Shown: positions 1-16,078, counted from the first letter of the stretch. The stretch is DNA of 64,000 nucleotides from Phoronis australis (GCA_002633005.1 NMRA01000020.1:546673-610672); one strand, 5' to 3'. Notes: a model not told the origin generated them from the letters alone. A program made the numbers and translations.

Positions 1-165
1 CCTGCGCCGCCTTCGGCGGCTGGGCTGAGGCCCGCCTAAGTGCTACGCTGGAGCCTGCCTGAGCCGCCTTCGGCGGCTGGGCTGAGGCCCGCCTAAGTGC
101 TACGCTGGAGCCTGCCTGCGCCGCCTTCGGCGGCTGGGCTGAGGCCCGCCTAAGTGCTACGCTGG
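1..165. repeat. GC-rich 57-bp tandem repeat (about 2.9 copies visible, truncated by the window start)
   Basis: Unit CCTGCGCCGCCTTCGGCGGCTGGGCTGAGGCCCGCCTAAGTGCTACGCTGGAGCCTG starts at 1, 58 and 115 and is near-identical between copies. Confidence 0.92.
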
Positions 166-1940
166 GTTCATGGAGGTACATTAGTGCTCATTTCTTCTGA
201 CGAATATCCTGGTCGCAAAATTTTCTTAAACCTCTTAAAGATGTCATTGCATGCTCCCAACTGCGCTAATGTATTACAGGAACTAAACAACAATGCCTTT
301 TGAATATCGACAAAGTGCAACTGTATTCACTAACACCTTGTAAACGTGAAAACAAAAAAATTCTGCAAATAGGTGACCTTCGCACTAATGACATACCTCG
401 AGGGCTCAAATGGCACGTAACGATACTCACTGAATATGGCGGATCATTTTAGCTACAAAACTTGTTCTTAAAAACATAAGACAATTTTCAACCAACTTCA
501 TATGTACAAAGTTTCTCAGTAATTTGGCCTACCAATCACAGAGATAAGGAATTACTCACAAATTCAGATATACATGACCTCCTTTCTACAAGTGCCTTGC
601 TAATGTACAGGCAACTTTGCCTTTTTTGAATTCCAGGTGATAGCTACAATTACTGCTATATGTGTAAAGCATCGGAAAGTTATGCACACTTCAGCCTGTG
701 TTAAGTCCAATTTGAGGACGCTGCTGGAAGTTGCATAATGCAACAACAAATATAAGAGTGTTTTCATTGTTTCCTTTCAGACCTACAATCTTCTTCAAAT
801 TTGTGTATTCTCATTTAAAGCCTTGTGGCAGGATTTTCACACCAGGCATCCAGGGTACTACATTTCTCCACTACAGTTGAAGGGTAGTGCTGTTGAAACT
901 TTTTATAGCCAATACAAGTACATATCAAGTAGAAAGCTGACATCAGTAAATTTTCCACATGCCCGGTACTGACAAAGAGACTGCAGAGAGAGGTCAGAGG
1001 TATTGTTGCAACCCATGAGATTCCACTCAGGAAAAAGCAAGAAAAAAGGCTGAGGGACACAACAATGTACTGATTCACAAGACATAGTCACAGTAGTAAC
1101 ATGCCTACCAGTGCTCTGAATATGATAAGACTGCTACAAGTATATTACTAGTGCCATTTTTGGTTCGAATAGCACCTCTCAGTGAGCAAATATACATGTA
1201 CGGTGTACTTTGCGTTATGTTGATTGATTTTGTAGTTGTTGTTCTTCTTCTTGTATGTACGGAACATCTCTCTAATACAATCATGCAGCCAGTACGTGTA
1301 AACCCCAATCAGGTGAGGATGGGGTGGGAGTCCAGAGGTACGACTTATTAAACTGGGGCCGGGAAAAAGATTCCGTCTATACTTGCGACACTGGTGCTTT
1401 CAGCTGGTAGTGGCTGCTGTACTAGCAGAGGACACGGTGACGAAGCCAGAGGACTCGCGGTGCATATACAAAAAGTAGCATTGCACACTGCACTGCGTTG
1501 CAAATCAGTGCCATGTTTACTCCTCAAGTCCAATTGTGGTAGCACCATATGATATGGCCGAATAAATTTTCTGTGAACTGTCACGCAGAGCATGACCTCA
1601 CTCAGTACGCGAAACACTGCATCGGCCTCGCTCTTCGCCACCCGTTTCCTGACGATTCGATCCGCTTTACTTCATGGAAGAGGCGGGACAACTCCTCAAA
1701 TATTACTTCACTAAACGGAGCCGAGACAAACGTGTTTCACAGAAGTTTCCTTGCTGGATAAAATCCGTCACAATGAAATTCTTTTGTCATAAACTCCAGT
1801 TATAACTATGTCATTTCGATGTAACAACTGACGAGAATCTCGAAAACTCCCATTTACAGCATGCAAATTTGATATGCTAATGAGGGAGGACTTGATTACT
1901 GCTCCATGCATACATCGACGGAAAAGCTTAAATACCCGTG

Positions 1941-2100
1941 ACTGTTGTACTTCAACTTGGAATCCTGCTTAATCTCAAAAATAAGCGGAAGTGAGTGTTG
2001 CGTGAACTTGGAATTCCAAGATCAAGCAAGTGATCTTGAGATTAAGCAAACTGCCAAATCCCGTACGTGGACTTGGAATCTTGCATGAACTTGGAATTGA
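1941..2100. repeat. Internally repetitive repeat block (AACTTGGAAT motifs); left arm of an inverted pair with 8845-8940
   Basis: 1941-1964 is the exact reverse complement of 8917-8940, and 2026-2049 is the exact reverse complement of 8852-8875. Confidence 0.75.
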
Positions 2101-2429
2101 GCGGCTGCCTGGCACACAATCACAGAACAAGGTGGTTGGGCTGAAATCGTTACTGAACCGGTAGGATACGGAGAGAAAAGATTTCGAAAAAATCGAGTTT
2201 TAAAAAGCTTCTGTGGCCTGGTCATAAATACTGGTTAGTACCGAGGGACTGGAATAAAAAATCATTTAAGGACTGTATTGTGATTACATGTCCCTCAGTA
2301 ATGCACCGGGCATTCACGGTCATAGCCCTACGGCTACGGTGGTCATTTGAGTCGTATTATTTCTGTGTTGCTGCCAATTCCTATATTAAAATAAAGCTGG
2401 ATGTTTGAAACTAGTGCCTGCTTGGCGTT

Positions 2430-3590
2430 TGATCAAGGGGGTGAAATAAACATTCTCTAACTGGCTGCAATACATTTTAAATGTTTTTTCTATTACCTTT
2501 AGAGCTTGCTTAAACTTGGAATAATTCAATTTTTTCCCAAACCTTCTCTTAATGATTACAATACAATGTAAATTAATGCATTTTCTATTACTTTCGAAAC
2601 ACCTATGAATGCATTCGCAATTGTACCCAATTCCAAGTTTAAGCAAGGGCGTGGCTCGCTTCAACTTGAAATAACTCAATTTCTGCTTCACAAAAACTGA
2701 CGTGGTGAACCAAACATTCTCTGACTGGTTGCAATACATTTTAAATGCTTTTTTCTATTACCTTTAGAATACTTCTGAGCGCATTCGCAGTTTTTTAACC
2801 CCGTAAATTCAACGTTTAAGCGAGTGAACCAAACATTCGGTAACTGGTTGCAAGACATTCTAAAGGCATTTTCTAATAATTTTGGAACACTTCTGAGCGC
2901 ATTCGCAGTTTTTTCTACCCAATTCCAAGTTTAAGCAAGGGCGTGGCTTGCTTAAGCTTGGAATAATTCAGTTTCTGCTTACAAAAAATCACGTGGTTAA
3001 CCAAACATTCTTTCACCGGCTCCAATACATGGAAAATGCATTTTCTATTACTTTTGAAACACCCCTGAATGCATTTTTGTACCCAATTCCAAGTTTAAGC
3101 AAGCCACGCTCTGGCTTAAACTTGGAACAATTCAATTTCTTCTTTACAAAAATTTGTGTGGTGTAGCAAATATTCTCTGACCGGTTACAGTATGTCATAA
3201 ATGCATTTTTATTACCTTTGGAAAACTTGAATGCCTTATCAATTGTTTCTAACCAATTCCAAGTTTAAGCAAGCCACGCCCTCGCTTAAACTTGGAATGA
3301 TTGTTTATTAGCTTTACAAAGTCACTTGGTGAACCAAACATTTTCTGGCTGTTTAAAATATGTTGTAAGCACAGCTTTTTCCTTATCTTGAGACTTTATT
3401 GAACACGTTAACTATTATTTTCTTCCGAATTCCACGTTTAAGGAGGCTGTTCTATTTTCGCTTTACAAACCCTATGTTGTGAAGTAAGCATTCCCTGAAA
3501 GATTACAAGACATTATGAATAAATTTTTCTATCCCTGTAAATTATTGGCGATTAATTTTTACCCAATGCCAAGTTTAAAAGATGACTGTA
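2430..3590. repeat. Degenerate satellite array, unit about 165-170 bp, with an internal hairpin
   Basis: CCAATTCCAAGTTTAAGCAAG recurs at about 2627, 2919, 3083 and 3253 (decayed at about 3430 and 3565). Shared blocks GAACCAAACATTCTCTGACTGGTTGCAATACAT and TTTTCTATTACCTTT also recur. The short ORFs here are repeat artefacts. Confidence 0.85.
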
Positions 3591-3876
3591 GTAAAAATAA
3601 TGCAGCAGTAAACCGGTTCTAACTTACACATAAAACTCACATTTGCCCGAGTTGCGCTCCAAACAAAACTGACGCACATTTTATTGTAAAAACACTAATG
3701 CTGACAGCAGTCTCTGATTGGCTGATATGTCAGTGGTTGACAGGGCATCGACTGCTTATCACATATTTCTGCTCCATATTGCGGCATTGAGTGGATAGAG
3801 TTTACATTGCGTTTTATAATTGTATCACCGATTCTTATTATTTACTGTTTGCCAGTGTAGTAAAAAATTCTCCATA

Positions 3877-3990
3877 ATGCCTTTTTGTATTGCACCTAGT
3901 TGTTCAAACTCTGCGAAAAAGGTGACGTCCAAGAGGACGGACACAGGGTACCATCCGTTGCCCTTGCCTTGCTACAAAGCTGTATGCTAA
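3877..3990 (+). pseudogene. Truncated THAP-domain N-terminus (transposase remnant)
   Basis: Translates MPFCIAPSCSNSAKKVTSKRTDTGYHPLPLPC..*, matching the MPxCxxxxCxN...[FY]Hx[FL]P start of THAP zinc fingers; the C-terminal CxxHF half is missing. Confidence 0.45.
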
Positions 3991-4243
3991 ATTAATTCAG
4001 AACAAAATACTGTTCCTTTTAATAAGCAAACTAGGAATCAATGTCTTTTCATTTCACAAAAAAACTAAGTGGTGAAGCAAGCTTTCTCTCGCAGATTACA
4101 ATAAACTTTAAACGCAATTCCTGTTCTTGAGACAACTCTAACACATCAACAATCGTCTTCTACATAATTTAAAATTTAACCAGTACTTAAAACAGTGCGG
4201 GGTTTCACATTTTCAATTGTATAAAAAATTTGAATACCTTTAA

Positions 4244-5891
4244 AGGAGAATGCCACCCGATTTAATTAGTCTTTTTACCGCCTTGATCGGTCTATATCCA
4301 CATCGCCTCTCATACGGTCGACCTCACCTTGCCGAGTGGTGTCGCGTTAACCTGTGAGGAAAGTGAGAAGCGACGTCAATGGTTCGTCTGCAGAGTGAAT
4401 GCCGCTATATTGCGATGCATCGGTTCCCGCTTGTCCGAACTATGAAGCTGCGAAGAAAGCGGTTATATCGTTTTTTCGACTTTCTCGAGAGCCCGAAAAG
4501 CTTAGGAAGTGGCTCGCGGTTGTGAAGAATGAAAGCTACGCTGTTAATAGCAAGTATGAGACCGTAAAACATCGCCGTGTGTGTGGCCGGCATTTCTACG
4601 ACAGTATGGTGATTTCTCTGACAAATTCCGGCTTACCAAAGAACTATCCATACGTTCTGTTGCCTATGAATGTTCACAGCGCCTCTCTAGTATTTATTGA
4701 TCAGTGTATTCCGGTTCGAATTTAACTGATAGCCTGTGAAACCTAACGATCGGACCCGTGAAGTCTTCGTCGGATGAGCTCCTGACTAAGTCGGGATTGG
4801 CGCCGTGAAGACGTTTATTATTCTGCGTTCTGTTTCAAAATGAATTATTCTCATCCAAAAATGATCCTACTTCCAATGCTTATATGAAACTGAAACAAAG
4901 TCTGTCTCATTCTATACAATTTGTAATGCCTTGGAGTGCTCGTGAGTGCAAATGTTTTGAGAAGCCAGCAATGAATAAACCACTGCTTTTGATGCCGGCA
5001 ACAAAGGTAATTGACCGGGCACCGAGGCCGTGTGAGCGCATGCTAATTCAGTGTTTGTTGACAGAAAGCTGTCGTGAAACAATTACTCGATTTTATATGC
5101 TATTTTCACATGTTATGGGAATCTTTATTTAGAAATACAAATACGTTATTCAAATCATTGTTACTGTACAACCTTTGCCCTGACGGTCTTTGGAAGGGGA
5201 ACCTGACTTCGCGGCCCCCAACAAGTAGATTTTCTGTTTCGTGGCTAATTCACATAAATAATTACGTGGACATTATCTCTTTGACTCACTATTATAGTCT
5301 TTTCGTGACTGGAGGTTTAGTTTCCAACTCAAGCTGGTTTATGTCGTGCCAGTCCCGGCGGTCGCGACGCGCCTGATTGGGCTCCGAGCCACTGGCCGGG
5401 ATAACGAGCGTTTTGTGTGTTTGGAACTAAAAAAATCACAAGTATAAACAACACAGATCTAGGTTCTCTTGTCTGTATTTCACGGAGAATACTTCGAATT
5501 TATCTCCGAACAGAACCCTGCTACGAAGCTTGGTAAATTGTCCTGCCGAACTTTGTAGGCTACAGTGTGTCCAAATACCAGTAAATTCGACGTAACAGAG
5601 AAATAAAACAACACGTTTTTATAAGAACTGGGTGTATTTTTAAAGGTTTTATATCGAAGTTTGATGATTTATTGGTGTTAAACGATGACTTCAAGCGATA
5701 AGCTAACACCACTAATCCGTGTTGTGAACTGCTGAACAGACTGCGTGTGAAACCAATTACGTCATTTGATAATTTCAACACCTCCGTCTGCCGTCAGGTG
5801 TCAGGTAACGAATCCGAACCTGCTGTTATCGAGTAGAACTTCTCGATCTAAATTGATACAAAGTAGGTTGTTCTTTGGGTGGCATTCTCCT
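4244..5891 (+). mobile_element. Non-autonomous Kolobok-like DNA transposon (1648 bp)
   Basis: Perfect 15-bp TIRs AGGAGAATGCCACCC (4244-4258) and GGGTGGCATTCTCCT (5877-5891), flanked by TTAA on both sides (4240-4243, 5892-5895). Termini are AG..CT and a THAP ORF lies near the left end. TTAA TSD, RR..YY termini and THAP together fit the Kolobok superfamily. Confidence 0.8.
4399..4725 (+). CDS. THAP zinc-finger domain ORF (transposase N-terminus) inside the Kolobok-like element
   Basis: MPLYC..PACPN..ISFFRLSREPEKLRKWLAVVK..RVCGRHF shows the C2CH THAP signature with the conserved W and CxxHF; no DDE domain follows. Confidence 0.7.
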   Translation: MPLYCDASVPACPNYEAAKKAVISFFRLSREPEKLRKWLAVVKNESYAVNSKYETVKHRRVCGRHFYDSMVISLTNSGLPKNYPYVLLPMNVHSASLVFIDQCIPVRI

Positions 5892-6439
5892 TTAATGAGA
5901 CACTTTCATAGACAAAAATTAAATCCTCGAGTTGAGCCCGTTCTTTTTGGAAAGCTCAGGGGGTCACGGAAAACATGTTCTCTATGTTAGTGCAGGTGGA
6001 CCGTAGTCTCTCACTGGAGATGATGTACATGTATGTTACGTCAACGAAAATGGTTTATAGTTTTTAAAGATATTTAAAAATAAGAATGTGACTTTGCTTT
6101 AACAATATCTGCATGGACAGGCCTAAGTTTTTATTTTTCCCAAAATACCACCAAATTTAATACAACATAAAACATACTGTGTAAAGGTACAGAGGCTGGC
6201 ATACAGTATTTTTCAAACTAAACAACACAATGTCGTAATTTGACAAGGTTAACAAAATATTTGTTTCTATTCCAATAGAATCCAATCCAATTCTAGCTAA
6301 ATCTCAACAAAAACAACTTATTGCGCAAGACCAGTCACAAACAAAAAATTAAGGACTAGACACAATGTCGAATTTCAACTCTGACAAAAGTTCGACTACG
6401 TAAACTGACAAATTATTCTGGTAAGAAGTTTATCCAAAT

Positions 6440-6590
6440 TTGGCAGTCTTGGAGACTTCTGTTGAAGTCTGTCAGGCTTGTTGGCATCGGGTGATATATA
6501 GTTACATCTAAAATGCTCTCTGTCCCCACCAAGGTTTGAACCCAGGACTTTCTGCTCACCCGTTAGCCAACACCTGATGTGATCAACATA
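6440..6590 (-). mobile_element. Probable tRNA-derived SINE remnant
   Basis: Minus strand reads ..TTGGCTAACGGGTGAGCAGAAAGTCCTGGGTTCAAACCTTGGTGGGGACA.., with a pol III B-box-like GGTTCAAACC in a tRNA-like context; no complete cloverleaf. Confidence 0.4.
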
Positions 6591-8844
6591 TGGTGTATGT
6601 GAACAAATGTCTAAACTTGGTAAAGCGGAAAACATATCTTGCAAATGGCTGATAGGATTCCAATAAAAACTTTCAGATCTTGTACTTTATGCACTGTTCC
6701 CCATCAGGCTTTTAGAGATTGTCTTTTGACTGATCTGCTTTGGCATGGGAGGGCTAGCTAAAACTGGGACTTTCAGTAATTTCATGAAAAACGCAAACAT
6801 TGATTAAAACGAAAAGGGTTACTAAAAACAGAATCGACATTTTTCAGATTCCATCTTGAACATTTATATAAAAAGAAAATTGGTCCAATATTTTGTTATG
6901 AATGTATTCCTTTTTCCGGAATTTTATTATAAATATGGTCAAGGGACCCAATTAATGGCAGATTGATATATAAAGTCATTATATACAGACTCTCTACTTT
7001 CATGAATTAAAGTAGTGTTTTAGAAAGTTAAATTCCAACGTTTGTAGATATTTGTCAGTAAGGTGCATGACCTTATGTCCTGTCATTAAATTTTAGGTTA
7101 CTCATGTTGTTTCATTACATGACAACTGATACTTCTGTCCTCTGATTTTCTGGAACAGTTTGATAATTTTGACCCACCACCCTGTGGAATAACACTTTTC
7201 ATTTACGCCACCAGGATGTCACGCAACTAGCAAGGTGACCAATCAGATACCATAAAAATCATAAACCCTGACAACAGTATGCAGACAATGTCAGTACATC
7301 AAAGTTAGCATTAAAGAAGCATCAGTGACCATTTAATAAAAGAAATATAGACTGATCTATCAGGCAGATTAGGCTACGTAGACATGAGAGGGACATATGC
7401 TTCATTTAAGGTGATTCATTGGCAAGCAGCTTCAAATGCTGTAACAGCAATGAAATGGGGTCCTCCAACTTTGGCTAATCTGTTGACCTACAGACAGGGC
7501 ACAGTAGCACGAATGGTTATCACCGATTCTGTGTAAGCGCTAAAGATGTTCACTAACATGTGCTGTCAATGAGACCAGTTGTGTGTCCCTGATTTAGTAG
7601 CTTAAACGTGCTGCGTTAGTTGAAGGGGATTGTTCCTCTCAGTTATCCGTGACTTTCTGGAAGACTAAATACAACCTATAAATGAAAGCGTTGGTGGAAC
7701 AAACACGTTCCTGATAGAAGACAACCTTTAATGACAATGACAACTGCATAAAAAAGCAGAAAATTACCTAACTTGCATAACGAAAAACCAATATTAACAC
7801 AACTTAGATATGTCATTACCTCTGTATGCTCCCGCTCACTCACATGGAAACATTTGTATCAAACATTACTGTATGCCACCATGTTTCAGTCCAGTTGTTA
7901 AATGTTATCAACTGTATTTAGAGATGTCGACAACCTACAAAAGACGCATATGCATATGTTACCTCACTCAGTCTAACATGGTTGCTTTTCAAACAGCGAA
8001 TGCTGGGCACTGAGTGGTTTGTAAGCTATTGTGTCAAAGCAAGTGGTATGAACAGTATTATTTCACTGGGCCACTTTTGCCTGTCTTTTCATACGTTTGC
8101 GTATTGTTATTGGGGGTCTGTACTGAGCAGAGAAAGGCAAAAATATCGTAGGCCAGAAAAGTCTAATCATCTCTATGAGAACATTCAAAACCTGTCAACA
8201 GAACTTAGAGAGTTGTGTTCTGTAACTTTTGTCCTATTGCCATCAATATTTAGACCTGATGACATCACACAGCATACCAATGAAAAACTAATATTCATTA
8301 AATTGCACGTTTAAAAATGAAATGAGTATTTCCCCTTTATTTGCCAAAAATAACACTTTTACTCAACAAGCGTTATCTGAACTTCTTCCTTAATCAGATA
8401 AGAAAGAATTGCAGATCCCTGCTGGCAACGATTGACGATGTCATGATAAGTGAGATATAAATGAAAACACTTCCACCACTTTACGAGCAAATTGCGAGCT
8501 CCAAGCACTGGCGTATACACGGCGTGGGGTGGCAGGTACAACGGGGCATGACAAACTGTTCAATGCAAAACACCTCTCGGTACGGTACATTCATTGTATC
8601 CTAGCTCGATCTTAATCCTTTTCATTGCAAAGGCGGTCCCAGCCTCCCAGATTGCCAGTCATTTCAGCCCCTCGGTCACAAACCCAACCATCCCAGTCAA
8701 ACCACCTTTGGAAACAATTACCAAGACCAGAATAACATACAAAATGGGCAATAAAAATAATTCAAACAGAAACAATAACTCACGACAAACGAATTCATGT
8801 CCACCACTCGAAATTTTAGTTAACAGTTGCACACTAGATGTCGC

Positions 8845-8940
8845 AAGTCACTTGCTTAATCTCAAGATCACTTGCGTGAACTTGGAATAGAAATGTATTC
8901 CAAGTTCACTCATAGTGATTCCAAGTTGAAGTACAACAGT
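8845..8940. repeat. Right arm of the inverted repeat pair with 1941-2100
   Basis: Two exact 24-bp reverse-complement matches to 1941-1964 and 2026-2049; internal palindrome GTGAACTTGGAATA..TATTCCAAGTTCAC. Confidence 0.75.
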
Positions 8941-9092
8941 TCTTCTATAATATTTTATATTTCTGACACCCTGAAGATACATTGTGAAAAATAGGAACAA
9001 ATTCGGTTGATCAATTGATGGGAAATTACTTGTCAAAAAGTGGTTCACTTGATTTTGACATCTGATGTATGGACATATATACATACGGCATA

Positions 9093-9202
9093 CCCACACG
9101 CACACGCGCATGCACTCGCGCGGATATACACGCGCGCGCACACACACACACGCGCACACACACACACACACACACGCGTGCGCACACACACACACATACA
9201 TA
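9093..9202. repeat. Imperfect (CA)n/(CG)n microsatellite
   Basis: Direct reading: cacacgcacacgcgc...cacacacacacacacacacacgcgtgcgcacacacacacacataca. Confidence 0.95.
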
Positions 9203-10094
9203 TTTGTAGTTGACGATACTCCTTAGGGCACACCTTAATTGGAGCCCAAAATGTTGCCGAGGCTTGCCATGCATCATGAAAGCACTGACTCATAAGTAAG
9301 CCAGTGTCGCAGGATGCGGTTTAACAGCGGCCGTGTGGACTAAACTACAATAGCTGAGGTCTACAACTTTTTAATCAGCCTATAATACACCTACAGAGCC
9401 AATCTGGAAAAATCTGGAGATTCAGCGAAATGAAGAAAAATTCATACGTTACTTTCGTCATTTTAAAAGTTTTAGCTAATTTTAAAGAGCTTGGCTCCTA
9501 AAATTAACAAATCTAAGAATGGCGTTTGCGTTAGGCCTCAAAACGTTGAACGCACGTTTCAGTCAAAATGCACCGTCAAATGATGAATTATTAATTTGTA
9601 TACACCTATGCCGTAACATGCGCGTATTGAGGTTCACCCCCGTTATTACGGGCCGGGCCTGGGTCAGGCAGTCGTCTTCATGCAAAAAGAAAAAAAACAG
9701 CAAGGTGTTTTTAAACCACTTATGAGTGAAGCTTCACTTTTCGTCACAAAACGGTAATTACTGACGTGTATACAATTAAATTTTCTAACTAGTATTTTAA
9801 ATGAAAAGTACTAATGATGAAAAAATACTCAAAACACACACGATTGAAGATGTGTTAGTTTACAAGGAAAATCCACCGGCGCCTAGGCGCTTGAACAAGA
9901 AGTTTTTGAAAAATAAAACCTCATTTCGGATAGCGGCGCATGAGTCTAAAATACGGGAATACACAATGATCCCGGCACTTGGGTCACCGGCCAGACTCGT
10001 CTTGGGCTTACAATGAATAACAATTCGATATGTTTGATTTTTTTATTTTCCTAGCAATTTGACATTTGATACAGTTCAATTACAATCTTTTCAA

Positions 10095-13614
<3,520 letters not shown>

Positions 13615-13660
13615 CGTGTAGTTATAGTTCGCCGTCATCCAAATTCGTCAGGTTATGATG

Positions 13661-13670
13661 TTTTTATATA
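13661..13670 (-). promoter_or_regulatory. TATA box of cathepsin paralog 1
   Basis: TATATAAAAA on the minus strand about 50 bp upstream of the ATG; the paralog has TATATAAA at the equivalent position. Confidence 0.6.
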
Positions 13671-16078
13671 GGGTTAAACGTTTATATAGCAAAAGTTGAT
13701 CGCATTTTATCGCGACACATCAAATCCGACGTTCTAACAATCGCAGTTATATTATTAGCTTTTATCAGATCAACTTACTTAAAAACATTAAATGAATCCG
13801 TAATTACAGAACAATGATATAAGGATCATATATTATCATAACATATACGATAGCGTCCAATATGATTGTTGTGAATATTTACTACAATTTAGTAATTCTA
13901 TTTATAGATTGTTCTTCAGAATTCAAGTACAAGTATCAATAAATTGTTCAAAACATGAAATGTCCAAGGAACTTTAGTGGCCCTTTTCGTTTCGTTGAAA
14001 AATGTTAAACTTTTTGTAAAATCCTTCAAAGTCGTCGTATATAACACGGTGCAAATTTATCGACATTAAAAGGCGAACATTTGCCCATGTCCTGATTTGA
14101 AAGACTCTTAAATGTAAAATAATTCAAACCGTGGTCGCATGATTGCCATGCCGTCTTTATGTAAATGCGCCATAACGGAAGTTCAAAAATAGTTGCCAAG
14201 AATATTTTTTAATTAAGATATGTTATTCAAACCAAGCATTTCAACACATTTAATCAAAACTAGGCCAAAAAAAGACTTAACATCAAAACTATCTTAAAAC
14301 TATCGCGAGTGTTCTCTAGTTAAAATGCTTCAGAAATTCAATTTGTTGGCCCGCCCTTAAACATTTCGACCGTAGTTGCTGGCGATTTCTCCATTCCAAC
14401 TAAGTGCGGTCTAGGCAACACATATTAATTTTTTGATTTCCTCTTTTTCTAGTAAAGTGGATATCACGTGCTGATTTAGATTCGCTTTCCAGCCCCATAA
14501 AGGGCAGCACGCCACCAGCATAACCGGCGCATGGATGTACAGAGAACGGATGTTCAACTATAAATAGCCTGAAATCAGTATCGGTATAATTCGGTAGCAG
14601 CCCTTCATTGCCACAAACTTTGGTTTAAGGCACGACTGTACTTCTTGTCAAACAGCTTGACATACATACTCGTCCATACTCTCTATACAATCTCGCGTAT
14701 CTTTCGTCTTGCAGTTGTAACACAAAACGCCAAAAGACATAAAGGTTAAAATACTAGATATATTTCGAAACCATATGACAGTACATAAAATGAACGTGGT
14801 GGAAGCGAAATAAACAATGTTATAAACAGTGACAGCGGGTACAAGGACGTGCAAGATAATGTGAATATAGCACAAGCCTATTCTCTCTCCCTCTCCCTCT
14901 CGAAACTCCTGAGGATAACAAGAGCCGAGTTGATGATAGTCGCGGGAGCGCATCAACACCTGCATTTATAGTATAACTTAACAAATTTGTACAGCAGTTG
15001 CTTTCGACGCAAGTACAACACCTTCCAGCGAATCTCCAAGACACAAGCACTTCTGGCAATGGCAATGATGCTGTCAAGTCTTAGAGCGTGCTAGATTGCG
15101 CCAGTAAGGTAAGGTGTCTGCAGATTGAAAAAAGAAGGTAGAGAATAGATTGTCTTGTAAGTTAGCACGCAGTAATTAAACAACCGCCACGTATGTTGCT
15201 TCTGCAGGTGATGATGGATAAGTTTTGTCAAGCTTGGACTTAATCAGCTTTATTCATTAGAGGGCCGGTAGTTATCACTGTGTGGAGAGCATTCATAAAT
15301 TGCGTCATCACTCGAGAGGGGAGGGTTTGAGTGACGCTTTATGATGGGGGAGCGGGAGGGTATACTCAAGGTAACGTCATCCTGTGGTTTGTTAGAATAT
15401 CACCATCACATTTTTGGAAATTTGTTCACCTTCTCGATTAATTGTCTAATTCCAAAACCGGGACTTGTCGTTTCACGCTTCCAGTAGGCCTATTTGTTCA
15501 CATTTCAATAGGCTTAACATATCGAAATGTACATGAACGACCGTGACAGACCCATTCCATCAAATGTCGGTTCTTTCGAAAATAGGAAGGGATTGGCTGT
15601 GATGACGTAATTAGAGACTGGACGGGGGTTGTATCATGATGACTGTTGATGACAGAGGAGAGCGAGGGTGAAAAGTGGCAAATTGTGGATGGCGTAATAT
15701 GTCATTGCTCCCTTGGTTTGTCAAAACAATATTTATACTCTTTATTATTTAAAACAAGCGAGTACTTGTCAGTGTTTGTTAATGTAGACCGTGCTTGTAA
15801 TTGAAAGCTCTGGTATTGGCATAACTGTGCCGCTGTGACACATTGTGTATCAGTTGTCAGAACAACACATTTCACCCTTTGACGTAGGCACTAGTCCTAC
15901 GATTATCCGCACAGTCACCTGGCGTAGTCGTACGATTAACGACTTAGTATGCACGTTTCTCCGTTGCACAATAAAGTCCTTTTCTATACGTATGACATTT
16001 TATTTCATTGCAACAAGACATTACATTCCAAAACATTTTGCAGTGTTAGACATTTAGCATGGCTGCGGCAAACTTCAT

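Noticed and set aside
815-1761. Short ORFs with Cys motifs (for example HCCVPQ) suggesting another THAP or transposase remnant
   Set aside because: Too fragmentary; no downstream THAP residues or element termini found.
4726-4815. CTGATAG..GAAAC and GGATGAG motifs suggestive of a hammerhead ribozyme
   Set aside because: No complete CUGANGA/GAAA core with supporting helices could be built.
6440-6590. tRNA gene (also considered at 23131-23199 and about 31556-31630)
   Set aside because: Only degenerate A/B boxes with no full cloverleaf; better explained as SINE remnants.
8848-9293. Cys/Val-rich ORFs (CVCVC...)
   Set aside because: Translations of a (CA)n microsatellite.
13615-13638. Upstream in-frame ATG (MTANYNYT) for cathepsin paralog 1
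   Set aside because: It lies only about 23 bp from the TATA box, at or near the expected TSS, and is absent in paralog 2; MLRCG is the shared start.
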